From Welwitschia mirabilis (Eukaryota), in assembly GCA_051453625.1 (NCBI GenBank), contig JBOZIK010000001.1, positions 24,815,481-24,866,562 on the forward strand: DNA of 51,082 nt, in the 5' to 3' direction. The position numbers and the translations under genes were made by a program. This document shows, piece by piece, positions 1-10,700 of the stretch. Numbering within the stretch: the stretch's first letter is position 1; every line of letters starts with the position of its first letter. A model generated the notes under the pieces. That model was not told where the DNA came from and did not search any database. It saw only the letters and a list, made by a program, of their open reading frames with translations.

Positions 1-142
1 TTTTTTCTTTTTTTCCTTTTTGTTTTCTCTTTTTTTTTTAAAATTTTTTTTGGCACTGCGCAGTCTACGCACCCAAAATGGGAATCGAACTTGGAACTTG
101 TTACCTCACAGGCAAATGTCTTTGCCACCAGATCAAAGGTCC
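1..142 (-). mobile_element. tRNA-derived SINE (tRNA-His-like head plus A-rich tail)
   Basis: Minus strand from 142 reads GGACCTTTGATCTGGTGGCAAAGAC...CCTGTGAGG...AGTTCGATTCCC. This gives an A-box-like TGATCTGGTGG, a GTG anticodon-like loop and a B-box-like GTTCGATTCC (81-90). A short tail follows, then a long A-rich tract (T-rich on +, 1-51). Confidence 0.6.
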
Positions 143-559
143 ACAGACAATCCACGATCTTCAGAACTCCGCCCTAGGCCTTCACCTATGTATATAAGCT
201 TTTTCAAAAAACACTTCATTAATAAGCAAGATTTACATAAAATTCATTGTCATTAGTTACTTTAATTAATCAAATTATTTTATTAGAAATTATTCTTTAT
301 TAATATTATATGATTTTATTAATTATTAATTTTCGTTAGTATATTCATAAATATAATCCTATTAATACTTAATATAATAAGTAATAACAAGTTGTAATAG
401 GGAAAAGAGAAATAATATGAGATTTACTTACTACACTTTAATCAAATTTTTAAACCTCTTTAATTAAGTTTTTATCCAAATCTATTTTTTTGGTTTGATG
501 TTAATCTTACACTAAATTTTGTTTTTTTTTTAATGGGCTTTGATTAACTCATTATGATT

Positions 560-3420
560 CCAAAAAAAACCTAGATATAGTTTGTAAATGAGTTGTCAAG
601 GATTCAAAAAATAAAAAATGTGGATAAATGACAAATGTGAATTTTGTAAGTTTTGCAGCTACTGCTTCACAATAACTAATGCAACTAGGGCAATATATGA
701 TTTTGCAAAGGCAATTGAAAATGTTGTGCAAATTTTCAAGGCAAATTTCTCTATCAATCTAGCTTATAATTAGTAGAGGATAATGTAGTGCTTTTATTTC
801 AAAGTTTTGAAATCTTACATGTTGACTATTCAAAACCATAATTTCTTGCATGTTAGGCACATAAGTTGAATCACGATGATGCCTAATTCTTGTCATAACA
901 AGTAGAATCTATAATTTTACACTGTTATGAATTTTTTTTTAAATTTCTTGTATGTTTCATCATGTCTAAAATCATTCAAAGTTACTTTTATCTAAGGGAA
1001 AATTAATTTTGTATTTTTTATTTTTCCATGAATGCCCAAATTTTGTAATGCATTAGTCCAAACTTTCTACTGCAGTTTCTACTAAATCAAATCTTTGGGG
1101 GTGTTAAATTTGATCTTAAATTACAAATTGAATATTACACATGAAATTCAAAAAAGAATAATTCTAACAACTTCGCCATCATCGTCAATTATCATTTATA
1201 GGGGAATCGCCATTAAGCACAAGTTCTTCATCAAAGTACTATTGCTTCAACTAAATCATTAATGAATTTATGGAATTAAAATTTATCAATTTATATATTA
1301 TTTTTTTTTAATTTAAGGCATTATATGTTCATCATGATAATGAGACATAGGGCATCGAACTCAACAATAGTGTTCTTCAAAAATAAAATAACTCATGCAT
1401 CAATCATAATAAAGGAACTACATGATGAAATGAATAATTGTTCATCAACTTAGTAGTTATACAACTTCATGAGGTATGTGGCTCTTTAAAAGCATGTCTT
1501 CCTATGAGAAAAAAGAAAATGTGAACACTTAGATATGGTTACCAAGCCTTGAATACCTATGATATTCTTCATTCTTAGTGCTACAAATTTATATTTACTA
1601 GATCTACGTTATATCATGCCTAATGAACAATCATAAGATCTGGCTGAAGATAGAAGAGGGAGAATGCAAAACATCGTAAAAAACCCAAACATTATCTTAG
1701 ACTACATGTATAACAATCATAAAAAATTCAAAAAGGTTATTATCATTAGGAAGTTCAATGTTGTAAACTATTGGCCAAGATTTAAATGGCAAGATAGAGG
1801 ATTTTCACATGTATAATTTTTGTAATTAAAAGGAGCACGAAATATAAAAGAAGTTGACTAGAATGATGATTTAATAGTGGAAAACATAAAGAAATTTCTA
1901 TTTCCATCACAAATGCATGAAACAGTAGATTTCATAAGCCTAGAAAACGCAATTATGCATGTAAAATCTGTATATTGTTTAACACATATTTACTTATTCG
2001 TAATGCATTAGCCACTATAACAACTTTTTATTTTTAGAATCCTAAGGCAAACATGAATCTTTATCCATATTAACTACAAAAGAAGGATCTAAAACATGTA
2101 GATTTAGATCAAGATTACACAACTCTATTAAATAATATTTAAAGACACACAGTTTGCAAACCAAAAGCATGTTTGAGAAGATGAAATGCTAAAGAATTCT
2201 ACAGGTACCAACATAATATTACTGTTTTAAACTTAAAAACATCTTCATACAATACATGCTAATATTTCATTAATTTAGGTATAACACACCATGGGAGTTA
2301 CGAATTTGCAACTTAAGGTCGTATAAATATGAAAACAATGAGAGAAGTGTGAGCAAGAAGAAATGATAATAGGTTAAGTTAGTCATTGGACTCTACTAAT
2401 AGCGATATAGAAGGATTAAATACGACTCCTTCCCAATAGATATGCTACACAGGCATTTTCTGGTACGGAAAACATCATTGCTAAGGGTGGGCTTCCCATA
2501 TGTAGCATTAAACAACCCCTTCCTAGTGTTTGGTTGCATACTCACACTTAGTGGGTGTGGGAAACTAAAAAAACGAAGTGAGCCATGCTAATAAATACAT
2601 CAAATCACTAATGGAGAACTATAATAACAACTATCCATCTAAACCCCTACATAAGCATTTATAATAGAATGATTCTAGAAAAAAAAAAACATAATCCCAA
2701 CTTGCTCTTGATAAATATGTTATTGTGTAATATATTGCAAAGTATGCTTCAAAGGCAGAGAAGAAATCAGGTCATATGTTGATATGTTGATGAAGATATT
2801 ACATGATAGAGATTCCAATGAGCTAGCCATTTTAGACACAAAAGATTGATGATGGGTACTACAGTAGATCGTGATATTAGAGCTATAGAAATATGCCACA
2901 TGTTAAGAGTACTTCTTATGGTGGAAAGTAGTAGGATGTTCATGATGCTTAATGTATCTAAGAAGGTAAACCAAAGCCATGAGGGAGATGAAGAACATGC
3001 ATTTAACATATTGATAATAACTCATTATTTAAATAGACCACTTCATGTGGAAGAAATTTCATCATTCAACTTTGCGAATTATGAAAAAATTATTTCATAG
3101 TTTTTAACTTATATAAAAATGTTTACACTATATATAATTTTATCCATCTCTATTAGATAAAATACATTACTTGGAGATATACGTTCATGGCATTCTTATG
3201 CTATTTCATTACTTGCATCAGTGGCTCATAAGCACTGCCTTAGCTACATACTATGTATATATCTAACATTTGACGAAGTGATATTTATTAATACTAAGTT
3301 ATGGATGAGGGTACAAACATTGACCAATAGCAACTATTGTTGATGATTCATGTTGATGTTAGATCAAGCCAATATGGATTGTTTGTCACATAGTGAAGAT
3401 TGAACTTCGACCAAATTTGA
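560..3420 (+). mobile_element. Degenerate Helitron-like (Helitron2/Helentron-type) Rep (HUH endonuclease) gene remnant with introns
   Basis: Manual translation gives motifs in the expected order: MIFFILSATN (1559-1588, cf. FFTLSAAD), YWPRFKWQDRGFSHV* (1769-1816, cf. FEWQxRGSPHxH), DYTTLLNNI*RHTVCKPKACLR (~2113-2180), YIAKYASKAE (2731-2760) and RDIRAIEICHML...SRMFMMLN (ORF 2846-3100). A GT..AG intron at ~2205-2278 joins to give (C/Y)RYNTPWEL. Many stops; ends approximate. Confidence 0.8.
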
Positions 3421-3611
3421 ACACTCCTTTCTCAGCCAAAAATTTCCATAGTATATGTGAGAGCTAGTGTAAACAAATTTTTTACACCAAAAACTGTATA
3501 TATACTTTGAACTTTGCATTGTTCCAAAAATAAATAAATTCTTACTTTTTCAAATCAATATCCTGAAAATATATTATTACTCTTTTCTCTCATCTAACAG
3601 TTAGTAATAAA

Positions 3612-3670
3612 AAATTATAACCCACATCCTCTTAAATGGAAAAGAAATATCCACTAATTAAACTCACAAT
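3612..3670 (-). mobile_element. Highly degenerate tRNA-derived SINE fragment (related to 25785-25853)
   Basis: Shares CCTCTTAAATGGA...AATTAAACT with 25810-25848. Minus strand shows decayed A-box (GAGTTTAATTAG) and B-box (GGGTTATAAT)-like motifs. Confidence 0.35.
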
Positions 3671-3750
3671 GTTACCTCCAATACATTTAATATAAATATT
3701 TTCAAACTCATAATGTTTTCTCCTATACACTTAATATGAATATTTCCTAA
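3663..3750. repeat. Two-copy ~44-bp tandem repeat
   Basis: CTCACAATGTTACCTCCAATACATTTAATATAAATATTTTCAAA followed by CTCATAATGTTTTCTCCTATACACTTAATATGAATATTTCCTAA. Confidence 0.75.
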
Positions 3751-3968
3751 TACACACAAAAAAAAAAAAAGAAAAAATTCCAAAAGCTTAGAAAAGTGTA
3801 ACATCTAACGTCATATATTTACCTGCTCCTAGTGCGCTTGGAAATAGAGCTACCTTGCCCGGCCATGTCTCTTCGCAATCATTTGCAGAAACAGAGGGAG
3901 ATCGAAAGTCTGGACTCTCATCCGGAGCACAATTGTATGAACGAGATACACCATCTCAAGCATCTCTC

Positions 3969-4994
3969 ATGGCAGCATCACTAATCTTCTTCATTTTAGT
4001 AGCCCTGCTACCTCTCCTCCATCATCACATCTACGCATCAGAATCCTTGGGGCACCACAACACTATCACTAACACTGAATCAAAGATTTGTCAGAAGACA
4101 CGATATCCGGAAGCGCGGCAACTCAGATCGGACCAACTGACGGTTCTCATTTCGGGTTTTTCATTGTCACGCCTTCCGCTGCTGAAAGCCATTGCTCGAA
4201 CATACTCTGGTGCGGCCTGTGTTCACTCCGTAAATGTGCTTTGGGGAAACAATGAGACAGATCCACCAGGCGCAGAGACATTCGAGTCCATGGGAGCACC
4301 TGTCTTCATTCGAAGGCAGCCGAGTCGCAGCCTCAATGACCGTTTCCTTCCGCAACCTTATGTACTTACAGAAGCCGTTCTAATTGCAGATGATGATGTG
4401 GAAATCGATCCGGCAACAATCTGCTTTGCTCTGCGCGTTTGGACGAGCCTCGGTGAGAGTCGGCGCCTCGTCGGATTCTTTCCCAGATCTCACGCCTACG
4501 ATCCGCTTGCGCGGACTTGGATTTATACGGTGGATCCCGATCGCTTCTCTATTGTTCTCACTAAGCTTATGATTCTGCCTACAGAGTTTTTGTATATTTA
4601 TACTTGTCAGATTCCTTCTGCTGTGCGAGAAATTGTTGAGAAAAGTAGAAATTGCGAGGATATCGCGATGAACTTTCTCGCTGCGGATCAGGCCCTAGCT
4701 GGCCCTCTTTTGGTCCGTGGTGCTCCCAAGGATTGGGGCGACACTCGTAATGATGATGTTTCAAAGAACAGTAGTGTAAAAGAAGTGGCTATTAGTGGCC
4801 AAGAAGGTCACCGTGCTTTCAGAGGGTTTTGCATCCGCGAGTTCCATCGGATCTGGGGAAAAATGCCTCTCCGATATTCTTTTGGTGTTGTCCACCCGGA
4901 CGTGCGCGAACAGGCTCTTTGTCGTAAAGGCGGTGCACTTGTCGCTTGTGACCAGGAGGTCAATAGTTCGGATCCGCTCAACGATAAAACCTAA
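3969..4994 (+). CDS. Glycosyltransferase family 64 (exostosin C-terminal/EXTL2-like) protein, most like the plant GT64-C3 type; 341 aa, single coding exon
   Basis: Uninterrupted ORF with the first ATG at 3969 followed by a hydrophobic signal anchor (MAASLIFFILVALLPLL). GT64 motifs: SLNDRFLP, DxD in VLIADDDVEID, LVGFFPRSH, FSIVLTK, RNCEDIAMNF and RGFCIREF. GC/CpG-rich relative to the flanks. Confidence 0.9.
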   Translation: MAASLIFFILVALLPLLHHHIYASESLGHHNTITNTESKICQKTRYPEARQLRSDQLTVLISGFSLSRLPLLKAIARTYSGAACVHSVNVLWGNNETDPPGAETFESMGAPVFIRRQPSRSLNDRFLPQPYVLTEAVLIADDDVEIDPATICFALRVWTSLGESRRLVGFFPRSHAYDPLARTWIYTVDPDRFSIVLTKLMILPTEFLYIYTCQIPSAVREIVEKSRNCEDIAMNFLAADQALAGPLLVRGAPKDWGDTRNDDVSKNSSVKEVAISGQEGHRAFRGFCIREFHRIWGKMPLRYSFGVVHPDVREQALCRKGGALVACDQEVNSSDPLNDKT

Positions 4995-5774
4995 AATTTA
5001 GGTTTCTGTGATATTCTCAGTTGGTTTTGAAATCTTCCTAATTTGCTTAGGAGGGCAATCTCAAAAAATGAAGAACACTCGTTGTCGAATGGCGGATTGA
5101 AGATTGTTTTCAGGTTACTTGGAGCCTCTGTAATCTCCAGCTGATTGAATGTAAGGATGACAGGATTCCCTCCTGTCTTGTATAAGCAAAATAATTTTCG
5201 CCAAAGTGAGCAGTCGAGCGAATTTCAAAACCAAATCAGTACTTTCCAAACTGAGATTCACTGAGCTCGACTACGAAATCTCGTACAGACCAGCAAATGC
5301 TCAAAGCTCAAAGGGAAACGCCTCGGGTTTTCTCAGGGCAGACAAATCCAGCTTGTTCGACAAATGCAACAGGCGAAACATTTGTATGGCAACCTTCACT
5401 GAGAGCTGCCATCAAACGTTTTCTCTCAGATTGCCAGCAATGGACATAAAGGTTTGCCTCGATTTCATCTCAGTGCTAAAACTTGCAGATCGGCTAAAAT
5501 TTGCTTTAGGAGTGATTGTTGAGTAATTTTCTGTATGAGTGTTCACAGTTTAGCTAGTTATAAGTATAGGCTTTAGTTTGTGTAAAATTTATTTAAACTA
5601 TCAAACTTTCTTCGAAACCAATGGTCACCCGAATTAATTTAGCTCTGGTTGAATTTTCTTCATAAGATTTGACTGTAACTATAAAACTTTTTACAGAGTG
5701 AATTTTCTCTGAATTCTGTGAAATTTTACTAAACTTAATCGAACAATATAATAAAAAAAGAAATAGTTCTGTTA

Positions 5775-6116
5775 TCTGTTTTTGATTTTAAAGTTTAGGG
5801 TTTCCAATATTATTATATTCAATAAGGATTTCATGTTTGAAAAGGAAAATGGATGTATATGTTTTAATTTTGTTAATTTCAATAGCAATTTAAATTTTGT
5901 TTAGGATACAATCTCCTTCAAAACAACCGATTTCATTAATTTTAATAGTTATTTTTTTGGTTACTCTGTTCACTTTACTGGTCTGGTTTTGATTTTGAAG
6001 TCTTGTGCTTGCAACTTTATCTTCATGTTTGAAACTAAAAACCAATACATATGTTTGCATTTTATTAATTTTAATAGCAATATAGATTTTGTTGAAAATA
6101 AAAGCATCTTCAAAAT
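5775..6116. repeat. Degenerate two-copy direct repeat (~140-150 bp)
   Basis: TCTG(T/G)TTTTGATTTT...TTCATGTTTGAAA...AATAGCAAT...CTTCAAAA occurs at ~5775-5923 and ~5982-6116. Confidence 0.65.
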
Positions 6117-6559
6117 GGAAGGGATTTAGATTTTAAACTTTGAGTAATAATTTTCACTTTAATTTTTAAATGTTTTTTCATACTAATGCTGCACATGTTT
6201 TTACGATAAAAACTTAGACTCTATGATTTAACTATGCTATGTGTATTTTATAATTTAGTTTTGTATGTTTTATGATGTCTTTAATCATTTAGAATTACTT
6301 ATACTGTTAAACGAAATCGATTTCCTAATTTTTCTCAAGTCTTCAGTAGCTCCTGAATTTTCTGCCAAATTTTTCCGTGGAACCAAATTTTCAGAAGTAC
6401 CAAATCCAATCCCCAATTATGAATTGAACATTATAACCTATAAACAACTTGTTTATAGGGAAAAACAGAGCAAGCGAACTTTAACAACAATCAAAAACAA
6501 AACTTTAACAGCAGAGCAGCGGCACATCCAGAAACTGAGAATCTGCTTCTCTCAGCAAC

Positions 6560-8760
6560 TTAATCAACCTCTTCCATCTTGGACTCCTCTTGTGCAGCAG
6601 CATCGTCTTCCGAAGCTGGCATCTCAGTATCAGCGTTTGCTTCCTCGTCAATGCCGAAACCCAGTTTCAGCATTCTGTGGGTCCTCCCAGCAAACATGTT
6701 GGGCTTGTCAAGAGAGAATCCAGACGTCAACAGAGCAGTCTTATACAAAAGCAGCACCAGATCCTTCACAGACTTGTCGTTCTTGTCAGCCTTGGCCATC
6801 TTTCGGAGCTCCTTCATGATGGAATTCTCTGGATGGATCTCCATTGTCTTCTTGGAAGTCATGTAAGAGGACATGCTGCTGTCACGCAGTGCCTGAGCCT
6901 TCATAAAGCGTTTTTTTCATTTGGAGACTTTGGATTGTGGATTGCTCTCGATCATTTTACAGATTGTCGTAGATCGCAGGTAGATTTTTCCGAAATCACA
7001 AGTTAAAATTTGAAAGCTGAATCGGTTTAGTAAAGTTGCAAGTTGAAAAAACCGGTTTCTGTAACTATAACGCTCGTTTTTTGGATTGGAAAATTGTTTC
7101 GAATAAAATCGAGGATTCATTTGACTAAAAGCTATAGAGGGTTTTGTTTAAAAACAGTTTTTTAAACTGTCTAGTCAGTTTTTTGGCTGGAGCACGATCC
7201 TGTTCCAACTCGGAGCGCTTTCTCTTGCGATTTCGATCCGCTCCATCTAACAATGCATAATACACTCCATATTCGCAGTCCATCCATACTCACCTGTCAC
7301 AAGGCAACATGGAAACTCCACTATGCGGTCCAAGACCACCACCTTCTCAACCTTGTCAAACGACTTTTTCTTTTCCTCTTTCCTCCTCTTTTCCTGCTCT
7401 GTTCCCTCCAGCTTTAGTCCCTCTTTTGTGGCCGACACCAGCTTCTTTCCGTCATATTCTTTCAACTGTCCCAGAGCGTATTCATCATTGGCATCAACCA
7501 TCAAAAGCACCTCGTATTCCTTCTTTTTGAGTCTTTCCAAGAATGGAGAATTCTCTACAGCCTTTCTTGATTCACCAGTGATGTAATAGATATCCTTCTG
7601 ACCCTCCACTCTTGGTAGAATGGTATCTCAAAAGCTCTGCAAGCCTAGCCCTATTTTGACTGTCCTCATGGATGCCCAATTTGATGTTTCTTCGAGAAGG
7701 CCTCGTAGAACTTGACATAGTCCTCTTTGTTCTCTGCAATCTCATTAAACATCTGATGCATTGTTTGACCAGGTTCTCGCGAATGACCTTCAGAATCTTG
7801 TTCTGCTGCAACATTTCACGAGAAATGTTCAGAGGCAGCTCTTCAGAATCCACAACTCCTTTCACGAAACCTAGGTACTCTGGAATAAGCTCCTCGCTAT
7901 TGTCCACGATGAAGACCCTCCTGACATAGAGCTTGATGTCGTTGAGCTTCTTGCGAGTGTCGAAGAGATCAAAGGGTGCCCTCCTTGGCACATGCAAATT
8001 CCAGCTGCCCCTCCACAGGTAAATGTTTTACCGCCAAATGGTCTTCCCAATCGTTGGTCAGTGACTTGTAGAAAGCAGCGATTTCCTCCTTTGTGATTTC
8101 TTCGGGTTTCCTCACCCAGATTGGTTTTTGCTTGTTGACCTGTACCCATTCATGTGACACCTCCTTAACCTTCTTTTTCTTCTTCGACTTGTCTTCATCT
8201 TCGACCTCCTCGACATCACCTTCTTTTTCCTCCTCCCTGCAGATTCCTCCTCTTCGTTGTCGCTTACCTCTTTTTCAGTTGTCTGTTCTGTCCACAGAGA
8301 GATCGGATAGCTAATGAATTCGGAGTGCTTTTTGATGAGATCTTTCAGCCTTCTCTCTTCTAGATATTCCAACTGCAACAATGGCCCCAAAAGAAATTCT
8401 CTCCCCGAAACTAGAAAATCTACGCTGCTCTCTCCGCCGAATTGAAAAATAAGATTGTTAACATTACATCAAACACACGCAGTAGCACATAAAGAGACAC
8501 GGTAATCTTGGGGCCTCTGCCGAGGTACTTGCCATTGACATCTCTGGTGACAGTAAAGGAACCATCTTCTTGGGATTCCCAAATGTATTGGTCATCGTCG
8601 TTATGTTTAGTTGTAACAACAACCTTCCTCTCCACAAGATAAGCCGAGTAAAATCCGACTCCAAACCGACCAATCATACTGACACCAGCCCCGGCCTATA
8701 AGGCCTCCATGAATTCCTTGGTTCCAGACCAACTGATTGTCCTTACGTTGTTTATCAAGT
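6560..8760 (-). pseudogene. HSP90: Cytosolic HSP90 pseudogene (5'-truncated, non-processed)
   Basis: Collinear HSP90 segments: [95 protein letters not shown] and a C-terminal MEEVD* at 6560. Lesions: premature TAG at 8698-8696, frameshifts near 8240, 7995, 7755/7690 and 7608, deletions, and an insertion at 6907-7255. Intron acceptors are retained at 8762-8761 and 8374-8373. Confidence 0.93.
6907..7255 (-). mobile_element. ~350-bp unclassified insertion in the HSP90 coding sequence, with target-site duplication
   Basis: It splits ...TANMECIM / MKAQALRD, is flanked by identical CATAA (6902-6906 and 7256-7260), and has an A7 run near its minus-strand 3' end (6911-6917). Confidence 0.75.
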
Positions 8761-8774
8761 CTACAAAGCGTATC

Positions 8775-10700
8775 CCTAGGAAAGGTTAAGTAGATGTTGG
8801 ATGGCACTAGTATATCACTAAAGCCTTGAAGGAGATCATCACAGATTCGCAGGTGATTCCAAATAGATGGATCTCTAAACGAGCATGTGAGGGCATAGAA
8901 GGACCCCACCATCTATTATTGACTAAATTACTAGATAAAATATTGCTCCTAGAATTTTTTTAACGAAAACTCATATGTTAACTGTAAATTCAAATCATGA
9001 AAACTGCAAAATTGACTGGAGCTCACTCCCACTTTGCTTAGAGCATGTTTGTGAGTGTTTTCTAAAGTGACAATAGTGAGTTGGGAAGCCATAACATGAA
9101 CAAGTGACATTGTCATTTTGCTTTAGGAACTTAGAAAATTTAAGATTAGATTGGAGGTTACATCAACCATTGTACAGAATAAGGTGATGCAAAGAGTTCT
9201 AGGTTTGCCCCCATCTATCATCTTGATCTCAACCATAAAAATGAGCATGATCAATCTATTTGTTTCATTCTTCATTAGAATATGAAGGATTGACTTTACG
9301 CCCTTCCAAGATTTGCAAGGTTATGATCACAATCATGATATTTGCCTCGACCTTGAGGTCCAACATCCCTCCCCCCTTTTGGAGGGCAACGTGTTTATGG
9401 ATTATTATTGGGATGGTGTATCTTTCTGACAGAGCATGGTGCATTTTTATAGTACCTCATTCTATCAAGAAGTTGGGTTGACTCCAACACAATTTTCTCT
9501 GGCCGACTCTCTATCTAAAAGGTTAGAGATGCAACCAAAACAAACATGGTAAAGTTAACATTAAATGTTGGAATAAACCCCTTGAATAAGTAGCCATTTG
9601 GTAGCTTCCATAAAGTGAAAAATGGTTTTGCAAAGGCCACACCTCTTCTTGGATTATGAATAGCTTGATAAAGAAACATGAAGAGGCTACTTGGGGATGG
9701 TAGCTTACGACAGCTAAGGAAGAGAAAAGACGAATATTGGAGTTGCTTCTAGATCACCCCCAAAAAATATGATGAATGGACTTAGGTTCTAGTCAAAAGA
9801 TGATCAAGATTAGATAGTTGAGTGCCTAAAGAGAGTCCAATATGAAGCGGACACCAAATAAAGATTTCATTCTTCAATTGCCAACTTGCTTCTTAAAGAT
9901 CTCTAAAAAGAAAGAATTTACCTTCGTATGTCTAAAGGAGTTCCCCATCTTGATAAGCTTGGAAATGTGAAGTTGAATAATGAAAATCATAGTGGCTAGT
10001 TTATCGATCTTTAAGTTTTGAATATGGTTGTTGTCAAAGTAGTGGAAATGTTCTTTAAGATCCTAGGAAGGAGTAAAGATAACACTCATAAATTTAGACA
10101 TGAGATCAAAAACCTTGTGAAGGAAAGGAGAAAAATTTACCAAGCTGAATTTATATTATCTAAAATTAAATATTCGCAAAATCGGAAATGGTATTTTCCT
10201 CAATAAGGCCAAGTGTGACTGAGGAAGCTCATCAAACACAAGGGCCATTGCGCTTGAGCATCATAAAGAGTGGGAGTTGAGCAATGAAGGGTTAAACCCC
10301 TTTGGTGTCCATTTGATATAAGATTGACTAACTTGACATTTTATTCAAATGACTTTAAGGAAGAATCTTTAAAGGAAATTGAGCAATAGCCATATTGAAC
10401 AATTCTAAGGAAGGAAGTTTTAGCTTAATTTCAATTTGATGAAAGTATTACCTTAACAATGCTTTTCGATCTTCATTTCTTTTAAGGGATCAAATAATCC
10501 ACTTAGAGTCAAGGGCAAGAGATTGATTAAAAAGCCCATTAATGACTAAACCTCGAGGCTTTTCTGGAAGATTACAAGATCCTAGCAAACTTGAGCAAAA
10601 TGAGAATAGCATGAAGTGCTACACCTAAGGTATGGTCAAACAAATTGCTTACTCTTCTAATAAATGGATTTCATAGGAGTAAGAAAGAAAAAGTGATAAA
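8775..10700 (-). mobile_element. Degenerate L1-type LINE 5' portion (ORF1-like to start of endonuclease)
   Basis: Minus-strand IKWTPKGFNPS...ALVFDELPQSHLALLRKI (~10320-10190) resembles the plant L1 ORF1 pattern WxPxFxP...VWVxLPxLP. VGSFYALT...SIWNHL (~8910-8850) resembles the endonuclease YAP...LW segment. Weak similarity only. Confidence 0.4.

Noticed and set aside
3855..3968. 38-aa N-terminal extension of GT64 from a TTG start
   Set aside because: This is a eukaryotic gene, and the ATG at 3969 directly precedes the signal anchor; the upstream stretch is likely 5' UTR.
5206..5526. 106-aa ORF
   Set aside because: GTG start and no recognisable motif; more likely UTR sequence.
6907..7255. Insertion interpreted as an intron of a functional HSP90
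   Set aside because: It lacks GT-AG boundaries, has a TSD, and the gene carries multiple independent lesions.
6265..8314. Several plus-strand ORFs overlapping HSP90
   Set aside because: Antisense shadow ORFs caused by HSP90 codon usage.
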